Below are positions 16,557 through 24,810 of a stretch of DNA of 25,348 bases, one piece after another (the first letter of the stretch is position 1; each line of letters opens with the position of its first letter). Both the position numbers and the translations under genes were made by a program. The stretch is from IMG/VR virus record IMGVR_UViG_3300038406_000114, positions 1-25,348 of that record; one strand, written 5' to 3'. Below the pieces are notes generated by a model, which did not search any database, was not told the DNA's origin, and saw only the letters and a list, made by a program, of their open reading frames with translations. This stretch comes from a virus (taxonomy: Duplodnaviria > Caudoviricetes).

Positions 16557-19393
16557 TGTCCGCCCTCCTCGACGGCCAGATCAAGGTCGAGATCGCCCCG
16601 TTCAGCGACCCGGCCGACCCCACCACGTGGGACTTTGTGGACATCACCACGTACGACAGCATTTCCCGCATCCGGCATGAGGCGGGCATCGACCTGGCTT
16701 GCGGGGTCCGCAACGAGGGCGGCTACTGCGACCCGTCCACCTGCGCGCTCACCATCGACAACCGCGACGGCGTGTTCTCCTCCCGGAACCGGCTCGGCCC
16801 GTTCTACGGCGGCCTGACCAGGAACACGCCGCTGCAGGTGACCATCGGCGACCAGGCCACGCTGCCGGCGGTGGCGGTGCGGTCGGTGGCCACCGCCGAG
16901 TCGGGGACGACCGCCGCGTTCAACGTGAACGCACCGGCTGGCCTGGTCGCCGGTGACGTGCTGGTTGCGTTCCACACCAACGATTTCGGCTCGACGGCGC
17001 AGATGGGCATCTCGGGTGGTGCGGCGTGGCAGCCGCTGGGGCAGGCAATGATCGGCGTTGAGCATGCCAACACCCGCGTGTGGTGGAAGGTGGCCGGAGC
17101 GTCGGAACCGGCCCAGTACGCGTTCACGCAGCACGCCAACGCGGACGCGGTGGTGGCCATCGTGGCGGTGGAGGACGCCTCCGAGGCGGTGCCCACGGTC
17201 GAGCTGCTGACCTCCGCGGAGGTGTCCGATCTGGTGGCCACGCCGTCGACGGATCCTGGTACGGCACGGTTGGAGCTGCGGTGGGTGGGCGCCAACTCGG
17301 TGGACGAGGTCGCGACGACGTTCACTCCACCGGCCGGGTTCACCGAGTTGGCCGACCTGGACTCGGACGCCAACATCGCCGGGTCTTTAGCGGAGCGGGA
17401 CCTGACGTCGTCTGCGCCCACGGGCGTGCATGAGTTCACCGCGAGCCAGGACATCAGATACCACAACGGTGTGACCGTCAACCTGTCCAACGCCCCGACG
17501 GCGGCGTTCGTGGGGTTCGTGCCGGAGTGGCCGGTGGACTGGAACCCGGCCGGTACAGCCGACTCGTTCGTGCGGATCACTGCGCAGGGGACGCTGTACC
17601 GGGTGCAGAAGGGTGCCAAGCCGCTGGCCTCGGCGACCCGGCGTGTGGCCCAGTCGAACCCGGCGGTGGCGGCGTACTGGCCGATGGAAGACGGGTCGGG
17701 TGCGACCCGGTTCGAGTCCCCGATTCCCGGCGTCCGGCCGATTCAACCGACGGGTGACTTCTCCCCGGCGGCGCAGGAAGGCCCCGGCGGGTCGAAGCCG
17801 TTGCCGGTGCTCAGGCCCGGCATGACGTTCTTCGGCCAGGTGCCCAACGTCATGAACTCCAACGGGCCATGGTTGGTCGAGTGGATGTTCTACATGGAGG
17901 CTCCAGCGGTGGCCGGCACGCACCGTGCGGCGCTGCGTATCCGCACCACTTCCAACGCTGGCGCGGAGTGGGTGGCAACCGTCAGCTCCACCCAGATGCG
18001 CATGCTCATATTGGACGGTGACGGCTCCCAGACGTTCAACCAGTCGGTGGACCTGCATGCCGATTTCTACGGCCGCTGGGTGAAGTTCGCCATGCAGGCC
18101 ACACAGGTCAACCCCACCACGGCCGCCGGGTTCCTGACTGCCATATACGAGGACAGCACCGTAGCCAACTCTCTGGGTTCCGCGTCCATCAGCCTGGATG
18201 AGGTGGGGCGGCCGGTGGCGGTGGGGTACATGCCGCTGGCGGCCACACCGGACTCCCGGTCGGCGGGGCATATCGCGGTCGGGCCGCTTCCCGGGTTCTC
18301 GCTGGCATCCCTGATCGGGGAGCAGTCCATCGCATCCGCTACCACCACGTCTATCGACGGCTGGAATGGTGAGCACGCCGCCGACCGGTTCATTCGCATC
18401 TGTGCGGAGAACGGCATTCCGGCGGTGGTGCGGGGCAACCCGGCCGAGTCGGAGCCGATGGGGGCGCAGCTGCCCAGGACGCTGCCCGAGCTGCTGCGGG
18501 AGATCGAGGACACCGACGGCGGCCGGGTGCATGAGATCGGCACCGGGTTGGGCTATCTGACCCGCACCGCCCGCTACAACCAGGCGGTGGCGATGCACAT
18601 CGACGCCGACCAGATGGCCCGCACACCGCGGCCAACGGATGACGACTTGCCGTTGGCCAACCAGGTGGAGGTGACGCGGCAGGGCGGGTCGTCGGCGATC
18701 GCCCGCAACGAGCCGTCCATCGCCGCGGACGGGCTGGCCGACCGGGACCACCCGGTCAACACCCACACGGACAACCTGTTGCAGGACATCGCCGGCTGGC
18801 AGGTGTGGCAGGGCACCCATGATGGGTACCGGTGGCCGCTGATTCCCGTGGAGTTGCACCGGCCGTCGGCGCAGGTGCTGATCCCGACGTGGCAGGCCAT
18901 CCGCATCGGCGACCGGGTGACCGCCGACCATTCGTTTACGCAGCTGCCCAATGTGGGCATTGATGTGCAGGTTGAGGGCTGGCGGCAGCGGATCACCCAG
19001 TTCACGTGGGACGTGTCCCTGTACACCGTTCCCGACGCCGTCTGGCAGCTCGGCCAGCTGAGCACCGGCCGGTACGGGCCGTCGTTCGGGGACACGTTCC
19101 GCCACGCCGCACCCGGCGCCATATCGGACTCGCAGACCACGATCACGTTCGAGGTCGCCACCGCGTGGGTCAACTCCACCGACAACCCGGAGCTTTTCCC
19201 ATTCCTCATAGAGATGTTCCCCGCGGCGCTGGGTGGCCGGTTCGGGTCCGAGATCATGCAGGTGACCGCCGCGCTCGCCCCGGTGGGCGATATCCAGGAG
19301 TTCACGGTCGTGCGTGGGGTGAACGGGGTGCAGACCGCGCACCCGGTGGGCACGGTGGTGATGCTGGTGGACCCGTTGCGGTACGCGCTATGA
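16556..19393 (+). CDS. Large minor tail/tail-tip protein with inserted globular and LamG-like domains
   Basis: 945 aa directly after the tape measure gene; LTIDNRDG.F N-terminal motif; AYWPMEDGSG LamG-type start; C-terminal TVVRGVNG...H domain. Confidence 0.85.
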   Translation: MSALLDGQIKVEIAPFSDPADPTTWDFVDITTYDSISRIRHEAGIDLACGVRNEGGYCDPSTCALTIDNRDGVFSSRNRLGPFYGGLTRNTPLQVTIGDQATLPAVAVRSVATAESGTTAAFNVNAPAGLVAGDVLVAFHTNDFGSTAQMGISGGAAWQPLGQAMIGVEHANTRVWWKVAGASEPAQYAFTQHANADAVVAIVAVEDASEAVPTVELLTSAEVSDLVATPSTDPGTARLELRWVGANSVDEVATTFTPPAGFTELADLDSDANIAGSLAERDLTSSAPTGVHEFTASQDIRYHNGVTVNLSNAPTAAFVGFVPEWPVDWNPAGTADSFVRITAQGTLYRVQKGAKPLASATRRVAQSNPAVAAYWPMEDGSGATRFESPIPGVRPIQPTGDFSPAAQEGPGGSKPLPVLRPGMTFFGQVPNVMNSNGPWLVEWMFYMEAPAVAGTHRAALRIRTTSNAGAEWVATVSSTQMRMLILDGDGSQTFNQSVDLHADFYGRWVKFAMQATQVNPTTAAGFLTAIYEDSTVANSLGSASISLDEVGRPVAVGYMPLAATPDSRSAGHIAVGPLPGFSLASLIGEQSIASATTTSIDGWNGEHAADRFIRICAENGIPAVVRGNPAESEPMGAQLPRTLPELLREIEDTDGGRVHEIGTGLGYLTRTARYNQAVAMHIDADQMARTPRPTDDDLPLANQVEVTRQGGSSAIARNEPSIAADGLADRDHPVNTHTDNLLQDIAGWQVWQGTHDGYRWPLIPVELHRPSAQVLIPTWQAIRIGDRVTADHSFTQLPNVGIDVQVEGWRQRITQFTWDVSLYTVPDAVWQLGQLSTGRYGPSFGDTFRHAAPGAISDSQTTITFEVATAWVNSTDNPELFPFLIEMFPAALGGRFGSEIMQVTAALAPVGDIQEFTVVRGVNGVQTAHPVGTVVMLVDPLRYAL

Positions 19394-19405
19394 GGGCGGT
19401 GCAGC

Positions 19406-19915
19406 ATGGCGCATGACCCGTTCCTGCCGGGGCAGCCTGTCGACCCGGATCGGATCAACGAGCTGGACGTGCAGGGCACGTACACGCCGGTGCTGACCGC
19501 CACCGGCGGCACACCCAACCTGGGTTCGACCGGCACCGCCGACGGCACCTGGTGGCGCTCCGGGCACTGGCTGCAGGTGTTCGCCCGGTTCCTGTTCTCG
19601 GGTACGGGCATCGCCACCGGCGGCGGTGGTGTGTTCCACGTCTCGCTGCCGTTCCAGCCCGACCTGTCGCTGGTCGACGCCAACCCGTTCGACTCCACCT
19701 CGCTGAACGTGGGGTACGGCTGGATTCGGGACTCCTCAGCCGGGTCGAACACCCGCATCGTCACGGTCCAGCTGAGACAGTTTGATGTCACCGGGCTCAT
19801 CCACGCGCAGATGCGGCAGCCGGGCCTCGGGTCCGGCGTGTCCGGCACCTCCCCGTTTACGGTCGCGGACAACGACCGGATCGGGCTCAACTTCGCCTAC
19901 CCGATGGAGGCGTGA
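19406..19915 (+). CDS. Putative receptor-binding/tail fibre protein, paralogue 1
   Basis: F.PGQ.V...R.N N-terminus; YTPVL, W.RSGHW..ARF, G.IRD motifs; last block of the tail module. Confidence 0.75.
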   Translation: MAHDPFLPGQPVDPDRINELDVQGTYTPVLTATGGTPNLGSTGTADGTWWRSGHWLQVFARFLFSGTGIATGGGGVFHVSLPFQPDLSLVDANPFDSTSLNVGYGWIRDSSAGSNTRIVTVQLRQFDVTGLIHAQMRQPGLGSGVSGTSPFTVADNDRIGLNFAYPMEA

Positions 19916-20433
19916 TGACCCACGAGGCGTTCGGTGACGTAGCCACCCTGCCGTCGCGGCTCATGGGGAACCTGGACCGGCACGAGGTGTACGGCCCGCG
20001 GTTGTACGGCGGCACCACCGACCCGTACCTCGGCGACGACGGCGAGGCGGTTGGCATGTGGTCCCGCAAAGGCCACTGGATCCGGGGCATGGCCCGGTTC
20101 CGGTTCTTCGGCGACAACATCTCCGCCGGCTCCGGTCAGTACCGCATCTCCCTGCCCTACCCGGTCGACTACTCGGTGGTGGCCGGCTCGGGGACGATCG
20201 GCGCCGGCACGTGCCTGGGAGTTGGCCGGATCCGCGACAACTCTACGAGCGCCAACAACTCGGACGTGTTCCTGCAGCCGCCGGCCGAGGCCACACAGGC
20301 TAATGTGGTGTACATGGTCCCCACCAACGGCAACGTGTCGGTGTCGGACTCGTCGCCGTTCACCTGGGCGGAGCTGGACCGGATCACCGTCCGGTTTGCC
20401 TACCCGGCAGACCCGACCGGGCTGCCGAGGTGA
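19915..20433 (+). CDS. Putative receptor-binding/tail fibre protein, paralogue 2 (alternative GTG start at 19912)
   Basis: GGAGG at 19906-19910; Y.P.L, W.RKGHW..ARF, GRIRD, SPFTW...DRI...FAYP motifs. Confidence 0.75.
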   Translation: MTHEAFGDVATLPSRLMGNLDRHEVYGPRLYGGTTDPYLGDDGEAVGMWSRKGHWIRGMARFRFFGDNISAGSGQYRISLPYPVDYSVVAGSGTIGAGTCLGVGRIRDNSTSANNSDVFLQPPAEATQANVVYMVPTNGNVSVSDSSPFTWAELDRITVRFAYPADPTGLPR

Positions 20434-20436
20434 CCC

Positions 20437-20952
20437 ATGTCGCATGACCGCCTGCTAGTCGGACAGCTGGTCGACCCGGCCCGGCTCAACATTCTGGACA
20501 CTCAGGGGACGTACACGCCGGTGCTGGGTGCCACCACCACCGACCCGACGTTGGGCTCGGGGTCGACGGCGGCCGGGAACTGGTGGCGGTCCGGGCACTG
20601 GATCGAAGGGTTCGCCCGGTTCGCGTTCGGGACCAGCATGAACGCCGGCTCCGGCACGTATACGATCACCGTGCCGTTCCCGCCGGACACGACGGTGATG
20701 GGGTCCAACGGCACCGGCGGCGCGGCGCACCGCTGCGCCTGGGGCAGGATCAGGGACCTCGACACCGGCGGCAACAGCAACAACGTGGTCGGGCAGTTCC
20801 GCGCCGACGGCGGTGTCGAACGTCTGTGGTTCAGCATCAACGCATCCAACGGCGCCGTCACGCACTCCACGCCCATCCCGTGGACCACCGGGGATCTGAT
20901 CACCATCCACTTCGGCTACCTGGCCGACTCCGACGACCTGCCCACCCCGTAG
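20437..20952 (+). CDS. Putative receptor-binding/tail fibre protein, paralogue 3
   Basis: QGTYTPVL, WWRSGHW..FARF, GRIRD shared with paralogue 1. Confidence 0.75.
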   Translation: MSHDRLLVGQLVDPARLNILDTQGTYTPVLGATTTDPTLGSGSTAAGNWWRSGHWIEGFARFAFGTSMNAGSGTYTITVPFPPDTTVMGSNGTGGAAHRCAWGRIRDLDTGGNSNNVVGQFRADGGVERLWFSINASNGAVTHSTPIPWTTGDLITIHFGYLADSDDLPTP

Positions 20953-20960
20953 GAGGCAAC

Positions 20961-21824
20961 GTGCCCACCATCGTCACCCGCGCCCAGTGGGGCGCCCGCG
21001 CACCCAAGTCCAGCATCGCCAAGACCACGTGGCCGCAGCGGACCGGGTTCGCCATCCACCACACCGCCGGCCCCACCAGCCAGACCGTGCGGCAGATCCA
21101 GAACCACCAGATGGACAACAACGGCTGGTCGGACATCGGCTACAACTGGCTGGTGGACCAGGCCGGCAAAGTCTACGAGGGCCGGTCCGGCGGATGGCTG
21201 GCCATCGGCGCCCACGCCGCCAACCAGAACACCGCCTGGGTCGGGGTGTGCTGGATCGGCACCAGCGGCAACACCGCCCCGTCGGACGCCGCGCTCGCCA
21301 GCATCCGATGGCTGTACCACGAAGCCAACCGGCTCGCCGGCCGCACACTGACCGTCCGCGGCCACGGGCAGGTCCCCGGCCAGTCCACAGAGTGCCCCGG
21401 CTCCCGGCTGCGCGCCTGGATCACCGACGGCATGCCCACCGAGCAGGAGGACGACATGCCCATCGACAACAAGGACGCCAACCGGGTGTTCCGCGCAGAC
21501 GGCAGCATCGACGCCCCGAACCTGGCCGCCGACGGCTCGAAGCGCGACTCCAGCAGCAACCCGACCTGGTCCGCCAACTCGACCATCCGTGCCCTGTACG
21601 ACAACGTCGCCCGAGCGCGGGGCGACCTCAAGGCCGGTTTCGCCAAGGCAGCCGCCGAGCGCGCAGCCGTCCGCGAGCTGGTCACCGGCCTGGCTGGTGC
21701 GGTGCAGCTCACCCCGGCGCAGGTCGACCAGCTGGCCGCCGCGGTGGCCGAGGCCGGCGACGGTGCTGCGCGGGAGGTGCTGGACCGGCTGGAGGCGGCC
21801 GGCGAAGCCCTGGCCGGCGCCTGA
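20961..21824 (+). CDS. Endolysin, N-acetylmuramoyl-L-alanine amidase (Amidase_2/PGRP-like)
   Basis: AGGAGG before the GTG; IVTR..WGA, IHHTAG, GWSDIGYN, YEGR, GAH, GH...TECPG zinc-amidase motifs. Confidence 0.95.
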   Translation: MPTIVTRAQWGARAPKSSIAKTTWPQRTGFAIHHTAGPTSQTVRQIQNHQMDNNGWSDIGYNWLVDQAGKVYEGRSGGWLAIGAHAANQNTAWVGVCWIGTSGNTAPSDAALASIRWLYHEANRLAGRTLTVRGHGQVPGQSTECPGSRLRAWITDGMPTEQEDDMPIDNKDANRVFRADGSIDAPNLAADGSKRDSSSNPTWSANSTIRALYDNVARARGDLKAGFAKAAAERAAVRELVTGLAGAVQLTPAQVDQLAAAVAEAGDGAAREVLDRLEAAGEALAGA

Positions 21825-21836
21825 TGCCGCCCCGAC

Positions 21837-22121
21837 GTGGCCGCTGAGCACGGTGAGGTCACCAATGCCGAGCTGGCCCGGCGCCTGGAGCACGTCTCCC
21901 GCGAGGTCCACACCGACCTCACCGAGATCATGCGGCGCATGGACTCCTACGTGCTGCGTGAGGTGTACGCCTCCGACCAGCAGCGCCGCGAAGACCAGGT
22001 GCAGGCCGTCAACCGGGAGCTGGAACGCATCCGCGGTCAGGTCCGCTGGCTGTGGAGCGCGGTCGTGATGCCGATCCTGGCGCTGGTGATCTCGGTGTGG
22101 ATGCAGGCGGGTGGTGGCTGA
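21837..22121 (+). CDS. Lysis-cassette membrane protein (coiled coil plus C-terminal TM)
   Basis: Charged helical N-terminus and hydrophobic [19 protein letters not shown]; follows the endolysin. Confidence 0.7.
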   Translation: MAAEHGEVTNAELARRLEHVSREVHTDLTEIMRRMDSYVLREVYASDQQRREDQVQAVNRELERIRGQVRWLWSAVVMPILALVISVWMQAGGG

Positions 22122-22755
22122 GGTGGGTGTCCACGGCACGCGGTTGACGGCACGGCTCCAGGCGGTGGCCGGGCGGTGGGCGTGGCTGGCGGTGGCGCTG
22201 GTCGGTGCGCTGGTGCTGGCGTTCGGCGCGTACGAGCTCGGGCAGATGCGCGCGCAGCGGGACGCGTTGGCGGTGGCGCTGGACTTGCAGCGGCAGCAGG
22301 CGGTGGAGTCGGGGCAGACGCCGGTGGCCCCGGCGGCTGAGGATGTGCGCCGCGATCCGCAGGTGATGGCTGGCGAGCAGGGCGAGCCCGGGCCGCCCGG
22401 GCCTGCGGGGCCTGCGGGACCGCGGGGCCTGGTCGGCCCGACTGGTCCGGCCGGCCCGGAGGGCAACCCGGGAGCTCCCGGCGAGGCCGGCCCGGCGGGT
22501 GCCGGTGGCCCTGCCGGGGCGACGGGTGAGCAGGGGCCGACCGGCTCGCAGGGTGTACCGGGCGCCGACGGTCAGGCCGGCCAGGACGGCGCCGACGGCG
22601 AGCAGGGCCCGGCCGGCCCAGAAGGACCCGCGGGCCCAGATGGGCCAACTGGGCCGTCGGGGCCGGCGTGCCCCGACGGGTGGCACCTGGAGGAACGGAC
22701 CGTACTCACGCCGCCGGAGACATGGCTGGTGTGCGTACCAGACCAGGAGGAATGA
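22111..22755 (+). CDS. Membrane-anchored collagen-like protein
   Basis: N-terminal TM, short coiled coil, 33 consecutive Gly-X-Y triplets (22372-22668), C-terminal CPDG...C pair. Confidence 0.85.
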   Translation: MVAEVGVHGTRLTARLQAVAGRWAWLAVALVGALVLAFGAYELGQMRAQRDALAVALDLQRQQAVESGQTPVAPAAEDVRRDPQVMAGEQGEPGPPGPAGPAGPRGLVGPTGPAGPEGNPGAPGEAGPAGAGGPAGATGEQGPTGSQGVPGADGQAGQDGADGEQGPAGPEGPAGPDGPTGPSGPACPDGWHLEERTVLTPPETWLVCVPDQEE

Positions 22756-22757
22756 CC

Positions 22758-23060
22758 ATGACGCACAAGGCGAACACCAGGACTGTTCAGGGCGCGCACG
22801 GCGAGCTGCTGGAGTTGGACACTGCCGACGGTGAGCCGTTGCTGTCCCGGGCTGCGGTGACCGCGGTGGTGGGGGCGCTGCTGAGCTTGGCGGTGTCGTT
22901 CGGGTTGGACCTGTCGCCCGGCCAGCAGGCGGCGATCACGGCGGTGGCGGTGGCGGCAGCGCCGATCATCGCGGCGTGGTGGGCGCGGCGCAAGTCGTGG
23001 TCGGGCCGCACGGTGGCGCAGGTGGTCGAGCACGTCGAAGAGGCGGCGACCCGGCCGTGA
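22758..23060 (+). CDS. Putative holin
   Basis: AGGAGG at 22745-22750, 7 nt before ATG 22758; two TMs around LAVSFGLDLSPGQQAAI and a basic ARRK after TM2. Confidence 0.7.
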   Translation: MTHKANTRTVQGAHGELLELDTADGEPLLSRAAVTAVVGALLSLAVSFGLDLSPGQQAAITAVAVAAAPIIAAWWARRKSWSGRTVAQVVEHVEEAATRP

Positions 23061-23305
23061 AGCCCTCGACCATCTGGCGTACCGCGTTCCTGGTCCTGAC
23101 CGGGTTCGTGCTCGCGATGGAGATCTGGGCGAGTGCCGACGGCAACCCGGACACCGACCCGTGGACCGACCTGATCGTGCGGCACGTCCCCGGCGAGATC
23201 ACCGCGCTGGCGATCGCGGGGCTGGCCGGGTGGCTCGGGGTGCACTTCGGGCTGAGGTACTGGCGGAAGCATCGCGCCGGTCAGGAGCAGGAGAGGAGCG
23301 GCTGA
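23057..23305 (+). CDS. Small two-TM membrane protein
   Basis: GTGA-coupled; two hydrophobic segments flanking DGNPDTDPWTD. Confidence 0.7.
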   Translation: MKPSTIWRTAFLVLTGFVLAMEIWASADGNPDTDPWTDLIVRHVPGEITALAIAGLAGWLGVHFGLRYWRKHRAGQEQERSG

Positions 23306-23454
23306 TGTTCGCGCTGTTGGCGTTGTTGTGCTTCGTGCTGGCCCTTTTCCGGGTGACGCTCGGCGAGCTGGACCTGGTGGTGCTCGGGCTGGCGTTCGTG
23401 GCGCTGCACCTTCTGTGGGCGGTCCCGCTGCCGGGCTGGCGCCGCCGGGGGTAG
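23305..23454 (+). CDS. 49-aa two-TM membrane protein
   Basis: GAGGAG RBS and TGATG coupling; MFALLALLCFVLALF...LVVLGLAFVALHLLW...RRR. Confidence 0.7.
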   Translation: MFALLALLCFVLALFRVTLGELDLVVLGLAFVALHLLWAVPLPGWRRRG

Positions 23455-23477
23455 AGCTTTACACGGTGGATGGTGGT

Positions 23478-23514
23478 CGAGCGGCCGGGCGTTTGGTGGG
23501 CGCCCGGCCGCTCG
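23478..23514. terminator. Hairpin between convergent operons (end of late operon)
   Basis: Perfect 14-bp inverted repeat CGAGCGGCCGGGCG/CGCCCGGCCGCTCG with 9-nt loop. Confidence 0.8.
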
Positions 23515-23522
23515 CTTCGTCG

Positions 23523-23720
23523 TCAGCGGGGGTCGGTGGCGCCGTGCCGGACCAGGGTGTTCAGCGCGTCCTCGATGCCGTCGCGGTAGCCCTCCGCGCC
23601 GCCGGCCGCCTCCGGGCTGGCCAGGAAGGCCGCCACCACCTCGGCCGCGGTGTCGAAGCCGGCCTGGTGGATCTGCTCGGCCAGGCTGTGGATGTGTCCG
23701 GTGTCCATCAAGATCATCAT
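23523..23720 (-). CDS. Small hypothetical protein
   Basis: 65 aa, ATGA-coupled to the LAGLIDADG gene, stops just before the hairpin. Confidence 0.65.
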   Translation of the reverse strand: MMILMDTGHIHSLAEQIHQAGFDTAAEVVAAFLASPEAAGGAEGYRDGIEDALNTLVRHGATDPR

Positions 23721-24040
23721 CCCCCTTGCTCATCTAGCAGGATCAATTCTCGGATTCGGGCCGCCCGGCGTTGGCCCATGTGGGGGAGTAACAGCTTCAT
23801 CATTGCCACTGCAGTACCACAGCGGATGCGGGTTGTGTACTGCGCCTGGCATCTGTCGTTAGCGGGCCGGCGAGTCCTGATGGCGGTTCCGCCGAACAGT
23901 TTCGATGCCTTTTCGATTACATCTCGGTGGGTCATCTTGACCTCGATCATGGGGCGTTTCCTGCCTCGGCTGACATCCGTGCTAAAGCACCCCTCGCCTT
24001 CAAGTAGCCCGGCCAGCCAGGCAAGTTCTAGTTCAGTCAT
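23717..24040 (-). CDS. Free-standing single-motif LAGLIDADG endonuclease-like protein
   Basis: MTELELAWLAGLLEGEGCF...IEVKMTHRDVIE...FGG...LLPHM; 107 aa; lower GC than its neighbours. Confidence 0.85.
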   Translation of the reverse strand: MTELELAWLAGLLEGEGCFSTDVSRGRKRPMIEVKMTHRDVIEKASKLFGGTAIRTRRPANDRCQAQYTTRIRCGTAVAMMKLLLPHMGQRRAARIRELILLDEQGG

Positions 24041-24061
24041 GGTCGCTTCCAATGGATGAGG

Positions 24062-24093
24062 GGGGAGGAGGCTCCGCGCGGAGCCCCCTCCCC
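24062..24093 (-). terminator. GC-rich hairpin upstream of the LAGLIDADG gene
   Basis: On the minus strand GGGGAGGGGGCTCC-GCGC-GGAGCCTCCTCCCC, a 14-bp stem with one G-U. Confidence 0.65.
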
Positions 24094-24099
24094 GGTCGG

Positions 24100-24237
24100 T
24101 CAGCGCTTGGTCTTCGCGAGGTGCTTGTCGTAGGCCCGGCGGGTGGTCTCCTGCATCCGGCGGCCGCCGTGCTGCTCGGCCCACTTCATGTCCTCGTAGA
24201 GCTTCTGCTCGGTGGCCTCTGCGGTGTACTGGTCCAT
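24100..24237 (-). CDS. 45-aa hypothetical protein, first gene of the leftward operon
   Basis: Purine-rich RBS (GGGAAGGGAGACAGGGAA-ATG) downstream of the leftward promoter. Confidence 0.65.
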   Translation of the reverse strand: MDQYTAEATEQKLYEDMKWAEQHGGRRMQETTRRAYDKHLAKTKR

Positions 24238-24273
24238 TTCCCTGTCTCCCTTCCCGTTTTCCCTTATGCCTCT

Positions 24274-24302
24274 ACTATACACAGCTGTCATGACAGCTGC
24301 AA
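24274..24302 (-). promoter_or_regulatory. Leftward sigma70/HrdB-type promoter
   Basis: TTGCAG (24302-24297), 17-bp spacer, TATAGT (24279-24274). Confidence 0.7.
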
Positions 24303-24366
24303 GCGAGACACCTCATACTTTCGGTCAAAGCTGTCACGACAGGCGGCGGATGTGCTGTCACGACAG
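24282..24366. promoter_or_regulatory. Three palindromic operators CTGTCAYGACAG
   Basis: 24285-24296 (inside the perfect 18-bp palindrome CAGCTGTCATGACAGCTG at 24282-24299), 24331-24342 and 24355-24366. Confidence 0.85.
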
Positions 24367-24385
24367 AACGGCGTACCCTGATGAC

Positions 24386-24553
24386 ATGGCCAACCACCCC
24401 ACCTACGGAGAGCCCCGCCGCTCCATCCGCATCTCTGACGAGCTGTGGCAGGCCGCGCTCGCCACCGCCGCGGAGCGCAAGGAGTCCGTCCCGGACGTGG
24501 TCCGCCGCGCGCTGGAGCGGTACGTCGCCCGCCACCGCAAGGAGACGTCATGA
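24386..24553 (+). CDS. Ribbon-helix-helix (CopG/Arc-like) DNA-binding protein
   Basis: RSIRISDELWQAA...A......V.DVVRRALERYV; TACCCT ends 6 nt before the ATG with no RBS, suggesting a leaderless mRNA. Confidence 0.85.
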   Translation: MANHPTYGEPRRSIRISDELWQAALATAAERKESVPDVVRRALERYVARHRKETS

Positions 24554-24765
24554 TCGAGGCCAGCGGTGAGCTGGACGGCCGGCCCATGATGCTGCTCGGC
24601 CTATCCGGCGAGAACGTGACCCGGCTCGTGGCCGGAGAGCCGATCGTGTTCGACGGCGACGAGGTCGGCTACGCCGGCAAGGTGGTGATCGTGTACGGGA
24701 ACACGGAGGAGGCCATCGCGCAGCAGTTCGACAAGCCCGTAACCCGCCGCCCGCCGGATCGTTGA
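24550..24765 (+). CDS. Hypothetical protein coupled to the RHH gene
   Basis: AAGGAG RBS and ATGA overlap; 71 aa with LLGLSGENVTRL.AGEPI. Confidence 0.75.
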   Translation: MIEASGELDGRPMMLLGLSGENVTRLVAGEPIVFDGDEVGYAGKVVIVYGNTEEAIAQQFDKPVTRRPPDR

Positions 24766-24810
24766 ACTGGACGTCGCCCGGGACGACCCAGCTCCGGCGG
24801 GGGTGGGTGG

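Noticed and set aside
12216-19393. Contractile tail, tailocin or extracellular injection system suggested by two tube genes
   Set aside because: No sheath or baseplate wedge genes are recognisable, and a complete head and packaging module is present.
177-19890. Long minus-strand ORFs (e.g. 177-1907, 4619-6454, 8322-9890, 14778-16445, 17387-19342) and alternate-frame plus ORFs (e.g. 8499-10058)
   Set aside because: Shadow ORFs expected in ~70% GC DNA. They overlap well-supported phage genes and have low-complexity translations with no motifs.
19406-20952. Diversity-generating retroelement or invertible shufflon at the tail fibre genes
   Set aside because: No reverse transcriptase or recombinase in the window, all copies share one orientation, and the differences are not adenine-specific.
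22752-22760. Met-Thr-Met as a lambda S-type holin/antiholin dual start
   Set aside because: There is no basic residue between the Mets, and the first ATG is only 1 nt from the RBS; it is more simply the ATGA overlap with the upstream stop.
23717-24040. LAGLIDADG ORF as part of an intein or group I intron
   Set aside because: No intein terminal motifs, no interrupted conserved gene and too little flanking non-coding sequence for a ribozyme core.
24282-24366. Repeated palindromes as a mini-CRISPR or att site
   Set aside because: The repeats are only 12-13 bp with unequal spacing (46 and 24 bp) and there are no cas or integrase genes; their overlap with promoters fits operators.
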